Part shown: positions 18,658-27,846 of the stretch, in pieces | How the letters are laid out: every line of letters starts with the position of its first letter | Numbering within the stretch: position 1 is the stretch's first letter | Virus record (IMG/VR): IMGVR_UViG_3300026026_000014 | Location: 1 to 55,236 of that record | Strand: one strand, 5' to 3' | Source of the DNA: a virus | Lineage: Duplodnaviria; Caudoviricetes | DNA: 55,236 bases | Program-made: the position numbers and the translations under genes | Notes under the pieces: model-generated | What the model was told of the DNA's origin: nothing | What the model saw: the letters and a program-made list of their open reading frames with translations, nothing else | Databases searched by the model: none

Positions 18658-19323
18658 ATGAAAACCAACTTCGAAGACATAGTGGACTTTCATACGAAAT
18701 TTGGTATGGAAATGCCTACACAATTAATGAAATTGCCAAAAGATACCGTTGAATATCGCGGATGCTTTATGGTTGAAGAATTATCAGAATATGTAACCGC
18801 ATTCAAAGATAAAAACCATGAAGGTATGATAGATGCTCTTATAGATTTATCTTATGTAATTCAAGGCACCGCACTTATGCATGGTGAAAAGTGGGATGAT
18901 AACCATAAGAATTATTCAAAAGGTCCACGTAATCTTGAATATCTTGCACATACTATGATTTCTTCAGAGATCATAAAAGATGCTGCAAGTAGATTCGCTG
19001 CTCTCATTAAACTCTATTCAAAAGGAGTTATGTCTGAAAGTCCAATTGATCTTGAAGGAGGTATGGTATCATTGCATATAATGAATGCAATGGCTGTATC
19101 ACTCGCAGTAATTAGCGGATATAATTGGCAATTACATTGGGATGAAGTTCATAAATGTAATATGGCTAAAGAACGATCTAAAGGTGCAGATGATCCTCGT
19201 TCAAAAAGAGGTAGTGCACTTGATGTAGTTAAACCAGAAGGTTGGGTAGCTCCCAATCACACCCCCATAATTCAAGCAAAAGCTTTGCTTTTAACGGAGA
19301 AGTGCAATGTCAATAATCATTGA
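18658..19323 (+). CDS. all-alpha NTP pyrophosphohydrolase (MazG/PRA-PH-like; candidate dCTPase/dUTPase)
   Basis: FHTKFG, EELSE...DALIDLSYV..G, WDEVH..NMAK, KPEGW..P. Confidence 0.85.
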   Translation: MKTNFEDIVDFHTKFGMEMPTQLMKLPKDTVEYRGCFMVEELSEYVTAFKDKNHEGMIDALIDLSYVIQGTALMHGEKWDDNHKNYSKGPRNLEYLAHTMISSEIIKDAASRFAALIKLYSKGVMSESPIDLEGGMVSLHIMNAMAVSLAVISGYNWQLHWDEVHKCNMAKERSKGADDPRSKRGSALDVVKPEGWVAPNHTPIIQAKALLLTEKCNVNNH

Positions 19324-19879
19324 AGGTCCAGATTGTAGTGGTAAAAGCACATTGATTCTTGAGGAATTCAATGATTTATGCGTAATTCATAACGGAAGAT
19401 ATCCATCTCCTATGGAAGCATTTAAAGCATATTTAGGTCAATGTCCATCTCCACGATATAATTTCCATAATATTGTATGGGACCGTAATTATCCTTCTGA
19501 ACAAATTTATGGTAAAATTTATCGAAGTAAAAACATAGGTCAAGAACATATTGATGTCCTTGAGAAACATCTCGCAGATATTAAAACTGTCATTGTTTTA
19601 TGTTGTCCTCCAAAAGAAACAATCATTAACAATTGGCGTAAACTTAAACAAGAACGTAATGAATATATCGAAAATGAAAGTTATTTCGAAGATATAGTTA
19701 ATGAATATGACAAGTACTTTAATTTGTATGTTATGTTACCTGTAGTTCATTACGATTATACTGAAACTGCGTTCAACAAAGAAAATCCTATTAAAGTACG
19801 TATTGAACAAATGCGTACTATGTGGTATGATGGTTCTTTTAACAAAGGAATACCGAATTCAAGGGATATGAAACTATGA
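19307..19879 (+). CDS. deoxynucleoside monophosphate kinase (thymidylate kinase-like)
   Basis: IIIEGPDCSGKSTL P-loop; WDR...SE..YG. Confidence 0.85.
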   Translation: MSIIIEGPDCSGKSTLILEEFNDLCVIHNGRYPSPMEAFKAYLGQCPSPRYNFHNIVWDRNYPSEQIYGKIYRSKNIGQEHIDVLEKHLADIKTVIVLCCPPKETIINNWRKLKQERNEYIENESYFEDIVNEYDKYFNLYVMLPVVHYDYTETAFNKENPIKVRIEQMRTMWYDGSFNKGIPNSRDMKL

Positions 19880-20682
19880 TTAAGACATATCCTAATGCCA
19901 CAATGGCATGGCTCGATACATATAATGAAATACTTCTTAATGGCACACACGTCAGTCCAAGAGGTACAGAAACATTGGAATTGTTAAACAACAGTTTTGC
20001 ATTTGACATGAAGTATCCAATTTGCTATCACCAACATAGGAAATTAGCATATGGATTCTTGGCTGCAGAAGCTGACTGGATTACACGTGGGTCAAATCTC
20101 GTCGCAGATCTTACGCCTTATAATAAACGTATGGCAGATTTTAGTGATGATGGTGTTTATTTATCTGGTGCATATGGAATACCATATAATGAACAGTTTG
20201 ACTACGTACTTGCTGCTTTATGTAAAGATATTAACACACGTCAAGCAGTTATGACTATTTGGGGTAGAAATCCTAAAGATTCAAAAGACATCCCATGTAC
20301 TGTAGCTATGTCTTGGAATATACGTAATAATCGTTTAAACTGTCATGTCTTTATGCGCTCTAGCGATGCACATTTAGGATTACCTTATGACATGTTTAGT
20401 TTTACGATTATGACATTACGGTTATTATGCGCATATAATTGTAGGCAGTTCGATGGAAGTAAAATAATTCCAGGTAACATGTATATGAATTTGGCATCTA
20501 GTCACATCTATGAACAGCATTACAAAATTGCTCAAGAATGTTTAATGCTTCCACCAGACAAAATGACTAGTTCTATACCAGAATTCTGTTATGATAGTTG
20601 GGATAATGTGTATAGAGCTTTGAAATATTGTATGGATAAAGAAGTGACGTGTGAACCAATTTGGTACATTCGGCCATTATAA
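19876..20682 (+). CDS. thymidylate-synthase-superfamily enzyme, likely dCMP hydroxymethylase
   Basis: DIPC catalytic Cys; MRSSDAHLGLPYD with Asp at the Asn177-equivalent specificity site, as in T4 gp42; SHIYE. Confidence 0.8.
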   Translation: MIKTYPNATMAWLDTYNEILLNGTHVSPRGTETLELLNNSFAFDMKYPICYHQHRKLAYGFLAAEADWITRGSNLVADLTPYNKRMADFSDDGVYLSGAYGIPYNEQFDYVLAALCKDINTRQAVMTIWGRNPKDSKDIPCTVAMSWNIRNNRLNCHVFMRSSDAHLGLPYDMFSFTIMTLRLLCAYNCRQFDGSKIIPGNMYMNLASSHIYEQHYKIAQECLMLPPDKMTSSIPEFCYDSWDNVYRALKYCMDKEVTCEPIWYIRPL

Positions 20683-20691
20683 AAATTTTAG

Positions 20692-20720
20692 TTTACTTTG
20701 ATATAAACCGAGTATATAAT
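20692..20720 (+). promoter_or_regulatory. sigma70-like promoter upstream of the beta-glucosyltransferase operon
   Basis: TTTACT-17bp-TATAAT. Confidence 0.7.
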
Positions 20721-20760
20721 ACTCTTTTATTATATACTTAAATTTACTTTTAAACCAACC

Positions 20761-21027
20761 ATGAGGATATTTAAGATGTGGATTAACTTGCAAGGGAAGA
20801 GAATTTGTTTACTTGGATGTAATGCTATTGAACCAATTGAAGCAAAAGACGACAATAACGATCCTTTATATGGAATACGTTTTGATCACGAAGGTGTAGC
20901 TGTTAATGCTCTTACAAACGAGCATGCATTTAACTCAACTGCGGTATACTATCCAACTGAAAAGCAACGCGATGGTGTATTATCACAAATCGATGGTTTA
21001 CTTGAAAATCCAGCGGTATTAGTATGA
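20761..21027 (+). CDS. hypothetical protein
   Basis: ORF overlapping the bgt start; alternative start at 20776 with GAGGA RBS. Confidence 0.6.
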   Translation: MRIFKMWINLQGKRICLLGCNAIEPIEAKDDNNDPLYGIRFDHEGVAVNALTNEHAFNSTAVYYPTEKQRDGVLSQIDGLLENPAVLV

Positions 21028-22151
21028 AACTTGGTGTAATGAAGTTAGGTGCTTCTATTACGTGGTCTCAAGTCTCACGTACTGCTGCAAACTTCGATAT
21101 CCATTCAATAATTGGTTGTCTGCGATCTCCTGCTCAAATTACAGGAGACGTAGACATATCTATTATTACGCGCAATACGCGCAATACGTGGATACCTGAA
21201 GATATGCACTTTGTTGATATCATGAAAACTGATATTAACTCGCATGGATTTGATGCACTTGTTGTATTCAATGGTAATGTGAATTTCTTTGGAGGCGCAG
21301 AAGCTCCCGACCAAATTATGAATTATGTACATATGAACAGGTTTAATGGACCTATTATATATGTACAAACTGATGGTCAATTGCAACTTAAACAATTGTG
21401 GCCTGCTATTGAATGTAAAGATTGGGCTAAGAATTGGAAAGAGGAAGATATCGTAGTTAAACGTGATGATATTATTTACCTTTCACAAGCTCGCAGACCA
21501 GAACGAGTTTATGAACTTTGTCAAAAGAAAGGTAGTGTTCCTATTAAGAAGGAAAACATATATCACTTTCCAATTGAACAAGCTATTCTCGCTAAACGAG
21601 AGAATAGAATTGTACAGAAGCAGAAAGAATATGATCTTATCTACGGAGGTTCACTACGTGGAGGAGCTCGTAAGAAATTGCTTGAGAAGTATTACCTTGA
21701 TCAGTTTAATCTTAAGGTAGCGCTTTTTGGCAACGTAAAAAGAAAGGATTTTAAGGAATATAACAATATGCCTTCTTTCCTTTCTAAAGTAGAGCATCAC
21801 GCATTTATGAGTGCTCTTACAAGAGGTAAGTCTACTTGTATTATTGGTGATGAATGGTACTTTGATAATATGCATACATTGCGTATTTATGAGACTATTC
21901 GAGCTGATGTAGTATGCTTTGTGGCTACAGAGTTTGATCCGCGAAGAACAATCTTCAAAGATGATAAACTCAATGACTTTTTATATGTTTCATCGAAAGA
22001 GGAGCTTGCTGATAAAGCAAGAAGCTTAGATGCCAAAAAACTCTATTACATCACCGAATCACAAACATCATCAATCGATTTCAACAGAGATAGCTACGTT
22101 AATCGATTATATGCAAGATTTTCCGAAATACTCGGAGCGTATAAGCGTTGA
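21024..22151 (+). CDS. bgt: DNA beta-glucosyltransferase (T4 BGT homolog)
   Basis: collinear motifs with T4 BGT: NFFGG, TD (catalytic Asp100 position), Q.WP, FPIEQ, D.IYGGS.R.G.R, FGN, IIGD..Y.DN..TLR..ET, EFD, YV....EL. Confidence 0.9.
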   Translation: MKLGVMKLGASITWSQVSRTAANFDIHSIIGCLRSPAQITGDVDISIITRNTRNTWIPEDMHFVDIMKTDINSHGFDALVVFNGNVNFFGGAEAPDQIMNYVHMNRFNGPIIYVQTDGQLQLKQLWPAIECKDWAKNWKEEDIVVKRDDIIYLSQARRPERVYELCQKKGSVPIKKENIYHFPIEQAILAKRENRIVQKQKEYDLIYGGSLRGGARKKLLEKYYLDQFNLKVALFGNVKRKDFKEYNNMPSFLSKVEHHAFMSALTRGKSTCIIGDEWYFDNMHTLRIYETIRADVVCFVATEFDPRRTIFKDDKLNDFLYVSSKEELADKARSLDAKKLYYITESQTSSIDFNRDSYVNRLYARFSEILGAYKR

Positions 22152-22563
22152 TGAGTACTACATGGCAATGGCAATGTTGGCTGGATTAAGGTCAACTTGC
22201 TCAAGACGCCGTGTAGGATGTATATTAACTGACAAGACAAATAGAGTTTTGTCTGTCGGTTATAACGGTGTACCTAGAAAAGCTCCGCATTGCATAGATA
22301 ATCCATGTGCTGGTGCGGAGTCTCCTTCTGGACAAAATTTACAGAACTGTTACGCTACACATGCGGAGCAAAATGCACTGATATCTTGTAGAGACATACA
22401 AGCTATTCATACAGCATACGTTACAGCTTCGCCTTGTGATTCATGTGTAAAGTTGTTTGTAAATACCTCTTGTGAACGGATTGTTTTCTTAGATAAGTAT
22501 CCGTCTACAGGAGAAGAAATCTGGCATTTAACTGGTCGTAAATGGGAGCAATTGTATGGCTAA
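22111..22563 (+). CDS. dCMP deaminase
   Basis: RSTC.RR.VG, GYNG.P, HAEQNA and SPCDSC Zn motifs; start uncertain. Confidence 0.92.
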   Translation: MQDFPKYSERISVDEYYMAMAMLAGLRSTCSRRRVGCILTDKTNRVLSVGYNGVPRKAPHCIDNPCAGAESPSGQNLQNCYATHAEQNALISCRDIQAIHTAYVTASPCDSCVKLFVNTSCERIVFLDKYPSTGEEIWHLTGRKWEQLYG

Positions 22564-22891
22564 ACGTAAACCACCAAAGAAAGTAGTAAAGAAAAAAGTT
22601 GTAAAGAAAGTAGTACCAATTAGCGCAGAACAGTTTCTGTACGCAGGTGCAGATCATTTTGAAGCGCGCAAAAAGAAATATGATAAACCGGAAGGTGAAC
22701 GTTCTATGGCGAAAACTGTAGAGATGTTCAACACTCTGACTGGTCATAATTTGAATGAACAACAAGGTTGGAAATTCATGATCTTATTGAAGACTGTTCG
22801 TTCAGAACATGGACCTTTCCATGCAGATGACTATGAAGACTGTGCAGCTTATGCTGGTCTTGCTGGTGAAGCTGCTTCTAAAACTCGCTAA
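22556..22891 (+). CDS. DUF6378-like protein with a Lys-rich N-terminus
   Basis: ERSM...FN.LTG..L...QGW.FM.LLK.VR...FH.D.YED..AYAGLAGE. Confidence 0.7.
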   Translation: MAKRKPPKKVVKKKVVKKVVPISAEQFLYAGADHFEARKKKYDKPEGERSMAKTVEMFNTLTGHNLNEQQGWKFMILLKTVRSEHGPFHADDYEDCAAYAGLAGEAASKTR

Positions 22892-22905
22892 TTAAAGGTA
22901 TTCAT

Positions 22906-23988
22906 ATGATTACACCAAGACCGAATGAAAAGACATTATACCGTAATGCAAAACATGGTATTAGTAAATGGACTATTTATTCTATTGGTGCTATTATTCA
23001 TATGGAAAGCGAGTCTAAACTTGGAGATTCTCCTACTCGCTATACTGAGACTGTTAGTCATGGTAAAGCGGGTAGGAGTCTTGAGCAACAAATTAAAAGT
23101 CGTATAGATTCTCGTATAAATAGTAAGCGAGATCATGGATATGTAGACACAATGGAACAAGCAAAACTTCCATTGAAGAATATACTTGGCTTACATAAAC
23201 CTATGTTAGCCGTAAAATGGCGAGATGTAGCGAAGAAAACGAAAATAGAAACTTGCTATGTACAACCAAAACTTGACGGACACCGTTGTTTAATGACTAT
23301 GGAAGAAGGTAAAGTAGTCGCTTATTCAAGAGGTGGACGCTATATTAACACTGTAAAACATATCACATCTAAATTGAATATACCTGAAGGTGTTACATTA
23401 GATGGTGAAATTTACAAACACGGTATACCACTACAAGTTGTAAGTAGTTGGGCTAAGAGACAACAACCAGAGAGCGTGATACTCGACTACATAGTTTATG
23501 ATTTGGTTGAAACTCATCTTGATTATGAAGATCGCCATGAAATATTAAAAGAAATTGCTGCGTTAAATCCTCATATAACGATATGTCCTACTAAGTTTGT
23601 AGGTGATATTCCAAACTATAACTTAAAAGAACACTTAGTATCTACTATTAAGGGTGGATATGAGGGTTTAATGTTACGTCCTAAATACGGTTTATACGAA
23701 ATAGGTCGTAGATCAAAGTGTCTTATTAAAGTTAAAGCTCTTGAAGACGATGAGGCAAGAGTTACTGGAATAACAGCATCTAAAGATGGTTGGGCTGTGT
23801 TGCATTGTAAACATAGAAATGGACAGATCTTCAAACTATCTGCTCCAGGTACTATTGCTGATAAGACTCATGTGTTAAAGAATATTGAAAAGTATGTAAA
23901 CAAAGTAGTAACATATGAATACGCACAATTAACTGATGATGGAAAACCATTTCACGCAGTTGCATTGCGTTGGAGAGAAGACCTATGA
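22906..23988 (+). CDS. ATP-dependent DNA ligase
   Basis: motif I QPKLDGHR, LDGEIY, YDL, YEGLMLR, LIKVK, OB-fold C-terminus. Confidence 0.92.
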   Translation: MITPRPNEKTLYRNAKHGISKWTIYSIGAIIHMESESKLGDSPTRYTETVSHGKAGRSLEQQIKSRIDSRINSKRDHGYVDTMEQAKLPLKNILGLHKPMLAVKWRDVAKKTKIETCYVQPKLDGHRCLMTMEEGKVVAYSRGGRYINTVKHITSKLNIPEGVTLDGEIYKHGIPLQVVSSWAKRQQPESVILDYIVYDLVETHLDYEDRHEILKEIAALNPHITICPTKFVGDIPNYNLKEHLVSTIKGGYEGLMLRPKYGLYEIGRRSKCLIKVKALEDDEARVTGITASKDGWAVLHCKHRNGQIFKLSAPGTIADKTHVLKNIEKYVNKVVTYEYAQLTDDGKPFHAVALRWREDL

Positions 23989-24174
23989 TAAGTAAATTCA
24001 CAGAAGAACAATTAAAAGAATTGCGCACTGCTTGTAATAGGATGAAGATTACTCCTGAAGAAGCTATTGAACGTATTTATGGAGAGAAAGCTACATTGTA
24101 TTTGAATAAAACGAGTAATACTTTTCAAGTTAACTCTCTAAAGAAAATTATCTACGATTTAAAGGAACAAGTAA

Positions 24175-24438
24175 ATGAAGCATATGAGTCGTCAAAGAAC
24201 TACTAAATATGTGTTTACCACTGAAGAACGTCAATACATGGATTACTTGAGAAATATGTATCCAAAAGACGCCGATCCTAATTCAGTTTACAGACATGTA
24301 GCAAGAATATCATATCTTCAAGGATTACCAAAAGGTACTGAAGTTATATTACTTAATGTCACTACACCTAGTACATTTAAAGAAGTAATGTCTTTATGTA
24401 CTGTTCGCAATTATAATGTTAAATGCATAGGATGTTAA
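24175..24438 (+). CDS. hypothetical protein
   Basis: ORF packed in the operon. Confidence 0.45.
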   Translation: MKHMSRQRTTKYVFTTEERQYMDYLRNMYPKDADPNSVYRHVARISYLQGLPKGTEVILLNVTTPSTFKEVMSLCTVRNYNVKCIGC

Positions 24439-24440
24439 GT

Positions 24441-24540
24441 ATCATGTGCCTGGTTTATCCCTGGTTTTACATAAAATTTATTAATATAGATATATTAATT
24501 ATATTAGGTTTTATAAAACCTGTTAAACCAGGCACACCAG
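24441..24540. repeat. dispersed palindromic element, copy 2
   Basis: ATCATGTGCCTGGTTTATCCCTGGTTT...GGTTTTATAAAACC...AAACCAGGCACACCAG. Confidence 0.9.
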
Positions 24541-24579
24541 AGTATGTTCTAATATATAAATCTAGATTATATAAAAATG

Positions 24580-24608
24580 TTTACAAGCGGATAAATTTGA
24601 GATATAAT
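24580..24608 (+). promoter_or_regulatory. sigma70-like promoter for the accessory operon
   Basis: TTTACA-17bp-TATAAT. Confidence 0.7.
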
Positions 24609-25191
24609 ATACCTAATAAATAAAGAATTTACTTTGTTTATTACTTTGGAGAACATTATGATTACTGAACGAGATCACAAAGTATTTGTAAATATGATTG
24701 CTCCTTTTTGGGGAATGCAAATGCGTATACGCCGAGTTAAAGGTGTATGGCAATGTTTCTTAGGTGGTTAAGATGAATATGCCACCAGATAGTACAATAG
24801 ATGAGAATTTTGCAAAACTTGTTAAGCATCATTTGCAAAGATCTACATCTCGTAAAGTTGGACTCTATATGGGTGTACATGAAGATGTAGTACGCCATAT
24901 AGGTGGAATGTATGCCCATGAAAAGAGGTCAAAATCATGAAAACTTTTATACTATTTATGTGTTTCAATTCTTATACTCATGTATGCACTACTCAAGAAT
25001 TTAATAATAAAGAATTGTGTGAATCCGCAAGATGGTACTTATACAAAGAAAGAGATCGAGTTCATTATAATTTAGGTTCCGCTTTTTGTTTGGAGAAATA
25101 GAAATGAGTGATTGGTTAAGATACGCAATTATCTTTAGTCCTTTATTGTTATTAACTTTAGCGCTTTTTATACATACAATTCTTTTACTAC

Positions 25192-25548
25192 TTGGAATTT
25201 GTGAGGTTGACAATAGTGACTAAAGTATCTACTTATTTAACTTTTAACGATGTGACACAATTCATTATCGATAATCCATCAAGGATTAGTGAAATAATGG
25301 AGGTATGTAAAGAACACCGTCTTACAGATCGTGAACTTGCTATCTTAAAATATATTCACACATCATTTCAAGAGCATACTTCGCCTTCAATTGCTAAAAG
25401 ATTTGATCTTTCTATACAAGCATCAAGTAACTATCTTACTAATTTATTTAAAAGAGGTTACCTAATGCGTAGAGATGTAGGAGATCCATCTGGTGGTATT
25501 ATGTTTGAATATGAATTAACTCACAAAGGATTCAAATATGTTAAGTAA
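25192..25548 (+). CDS. winged-helix (MarR-like) DNA-binding protein
   Basis: LTDRELAILKYI...SIAKRFDLSIQASSNYLTNLFKRGYL.R...YELTHKG; start uncertain. Confidence 0.7.
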   Translation: MEFVRLTIVTKVSTYLTFNDVTQFIIDNPSRISEIMEVCKEHRLTDRELAILKYIHTSFQEHTSPSIAKRFDLSIQASSNYLTNLFKRGYLMRRDVGDPSGGIMFEYELTHKGFKYVK

Positions 25549-26116
25549 CAATCCTGTAATTGTATTAGGTATTCCACGATCTGGCACAAGTTATATCGCT
25601 AAAGTACTTCATGCTGATATGGGAATAGAAATGTGCAGAAGTGTAACTGCTCCTTATCCAGGTCGTGATGATTTTGATTGGGAAGATCTTGAATTGCAAA
25701 ATCAGTTAGTAGTGTCAATAAATATGGACGAAGTTTATTCTGCACACAAATTCAAAATCTATTTAAGCAAACGCAGAGAGGCAAAACGTGCTCATTACTG
25801 GGGCGTAAAGAGTCCATTATTATGTATGTATCCAAATGTAATACCTAAAGATGCTTTTGTAATACTTACAAAACGTAATTTACATGATTGTATAAGATCT
25901 GTAAATAAATTACCAATTAATGTAGAACAGAAAAAGAGAGTTCTTGCTATACAAGATACTTGCAGAAAATCTCTATTTGCAATTAAACCAAATTTAACTC
26001 TAGATGTAGATGTACTTTCCAAAAATGAAATTCGCAAAATAATGGAGGACAAGATCGATGAATACTATCACCCGAATACTACTCATATTCTTAGTGATTC
26101 TGATGGCTCAGAGTAA
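25538..26116 (+). CDS. sulfotransferase-family protein
   Basis: 5'-PSB motif VIVLGIPRSGTS; WED; WGVKSP; 3'-PB-like RNLHDCIRS. Confidence 0.75.
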   Translation: MLSNNPVIVLGIPRSGTSYIAKVLHADMGIEMCRSVTAPYPGRDDFDWEDLELQNQLVVSINMDEVYSAHKFKIYLSKRREAKRAHYWGVKSPLLCMYPNVIPKDAFVILTKRNLHDCIRSVNKLPINVEQKKRVLAIQDTCRKSLFAIKPNLTLDVDVLSKNEIRKIMEDKIDEYYHPNTTHILSDSDGSE

Positions 26117-26567
26117 TGCTGAGGAATTAAAATCTCAAGGTATGTATATTTCAGTCGCATATGTTGCTAAAGATGGTATACGCGATGCGTTTATACCTAT
26201 GGGATCTATGGACTGCCGAACTGGACAAATGTATTTTGATAGTTTAGTAAAAGCAGAACTTGCTAGGAAATTTGAGTTCCAAAATCCCAAAGATACGAAT
26301 ATGATTCCAAAAGACGCTTTCGTAAAATCTACAGCCACTGAATTTGGATATGGGTGCATAGAAGTATATGGACTCAAACCAGATCCTAGTTATAAGTTCC
26401 AACTAGGTAATTTGCCAACAGGATCCTATTTCTTACATAGGTTATCTTCTGGTAAATTTGAGATACGAGCTATAAATGAAGATGCTTGCGAAGTTCAAAA
26501 ACAGATTGGATTAAGAATCCAAGATTTTTATGAGTGCTTCAAAAGTGACCAGTTGTTTTATCAATAG
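26058..26567 (+). CDS. exported hypothetical protein
   Basis: signal peptide ending SNA; GGAGG RBS. Confidence 0.6.
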   Translation: MNTITRILLIFLVILMAQSNAEELKSQGMYISVAYVAKDGIRDAFIPMGSMDCRTGQMYFDSLVKAELARKFEFQNPKDTNMIPKDAFVKSTATEFGYGCIEVYGLKPDPSYKFQLGNLPTGSYFLHRLSSGKFEIRAINEDACEVQKQIGLRIQDFYECFKSDQLFYQ

Positions 26568-26576
26568 GAGAGTACT

Positions 26577-27041
26577 ATGAAAATGTTATTTGCAGTGTTA
26601 TTATTAATGGTATCAAGTTTTGCCTTTGCTGAAGCTTCAATCGATCCTTATGTAGGAGTATCACGAACTGATATCACTGCATATGGTATTGATGGAACTA
26701 CAAAAGGTGGTGTAGTAGGTTTCTGGATGGATGACCATGCAGCAATCGAACTAAATTATGAACAAGATACAAATCTTGATAAGTATCAATTTAACTTGAT
26801 TGGTAGTATTGTTCATATCTATAAACAAAGATTAACTTGGCAGTTTGGGTATAATTACACTGAATTATCTGTACCAGGTGTTGATATAACTAAATCGTTT
26901 CCAAGTATTGGTCTAGGCTATGAAATACAACCTTTTCAGGCTTTAACGTTACGCGCTGAGTATAATTACTATTATCTCAAAGACGATGATGTTACATCAC
27001 GACCAAATGGCGTATCATTAGCTTTATTGTATAACTTTTAA
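26577..27041 (+). CDS. outer-membrane beta-barrel protein (OmpA-N/Ail-Lom-like)
   Basis: signal peptide AFA; alternating amphipathic strands; LRAEY; C-terminal YNF beta-signal. Confidence 0.75.
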   Translation: MKMLFAVLLLMVSSFAFAEASIDPYVGVSRTDITAYGIDGTTKGGVVGFWMDDHAAIELNYEQDTNLDKYQFNLIGSIVHIYKQRLTWQFGYNYTELSVPGVDITKSFPSIGLGYEIQPFQALTLRAEYNYYYLKDDDVTSRPNGVSLALLYNF

Positions 27042-27053
27042 TAGGAGATAATT

Positions 27054-27845
27054 ATGAAAAAATTACTTTTGGTATTTTGTATTACATGTTTAGTCGGGTG
27101 TTATAGTAATACAACACCTCCAGGATTTGAATCTGTTGTAATTGAAAATCCTTTTATATTAGGTCATGGTGGTGTTCAAGATACTACGCAAAAACCTGGT
27201 TTATCTTGGTATTTCATGTCTACAAAAACTGTGGATGTGGCCCTCACACCAATAAAGTATGATGAACCATTGGAACATCTAACTACAGGTGATAACAACT
27301 TTATCAACTATAATAGTTATATAGTGTTACAATGGAAAGATCCTGCTTATATGGTTAAGACATTTGGATATTCTAAATGGTACGAAAACAATTTACAAGA
27401 ACAATATCGTACAATTGTCCGTGATGTAACCAAAGAATATTCAATGACTAAAATCATGACTGATCAACAAACTTTATTAGAAATTGAAAATAAAGTCGCT
27501 GAAAGGTTCCGTAAACATATTGAATCAACTGGTTTGCATGTTGATTTAATTAATGTTAATATGGGAAAAAGTCTTCCAAATGCGAGTGTAATATCTGAAA
27601 TGGATAATACAGCTGTTCAACAACAACGTATTAAAACTGAGAGTCAATGTAAACTTGCAGAAGACTCACGTATGGCAGCAGAACAGAGTAGGGCGAAGGC
27701 TGATAATGCATATCGTGAATCTATGCAATTGAATGCTTCTCAATTTGTGCAACTTGAATCTATTAAAAAGTATTCAGAAGCTTGTTCAATTTCTAAAAGT
27801 TGTATAATAGTGCAAGGTAACGCACCTGTACTTGTGGGACAATAA
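27054..27845 (+). CDS. SPFH/band-7 domain lipoprotein
   Basis: lipobox LVGC; PPG.E.V...P...GHGGV; C-terminal coiled coil AEQSRAKAD. Confidence 0.8.
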   Translation: MKKLLLVFCITCLVGCYSNTTPPGFESVVIENPFILGHGGVQDTTQKPGLSWYFMSTKTVDVALTPIKYDEPLEHLTTGDNNFINYNSYIVLQWKDPAYMVKTFGYSKWYENNLQEQYRTIVRDVTKEYSMTKIMTDQQTLLEIENKVAERFRKHIESTGLHVDLINVNMGKSLPNASVISEMDNTAVQQQRIKTESQCKLAEDSRMAAEQSRAKADNAYRESMQLNASQFVQLESIKKYSEACSISKSCIIVQGNAPVLVGQ

Positions 27846-27846
27846 T

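Noticed and set aside
19876-20682. Annotation as ordinary thymidylate synthase thyA
   Set aside because: Asp at the specificity site, a neighbouring BGT and a separate ThyX argue for a dCMP-modifying enzyme
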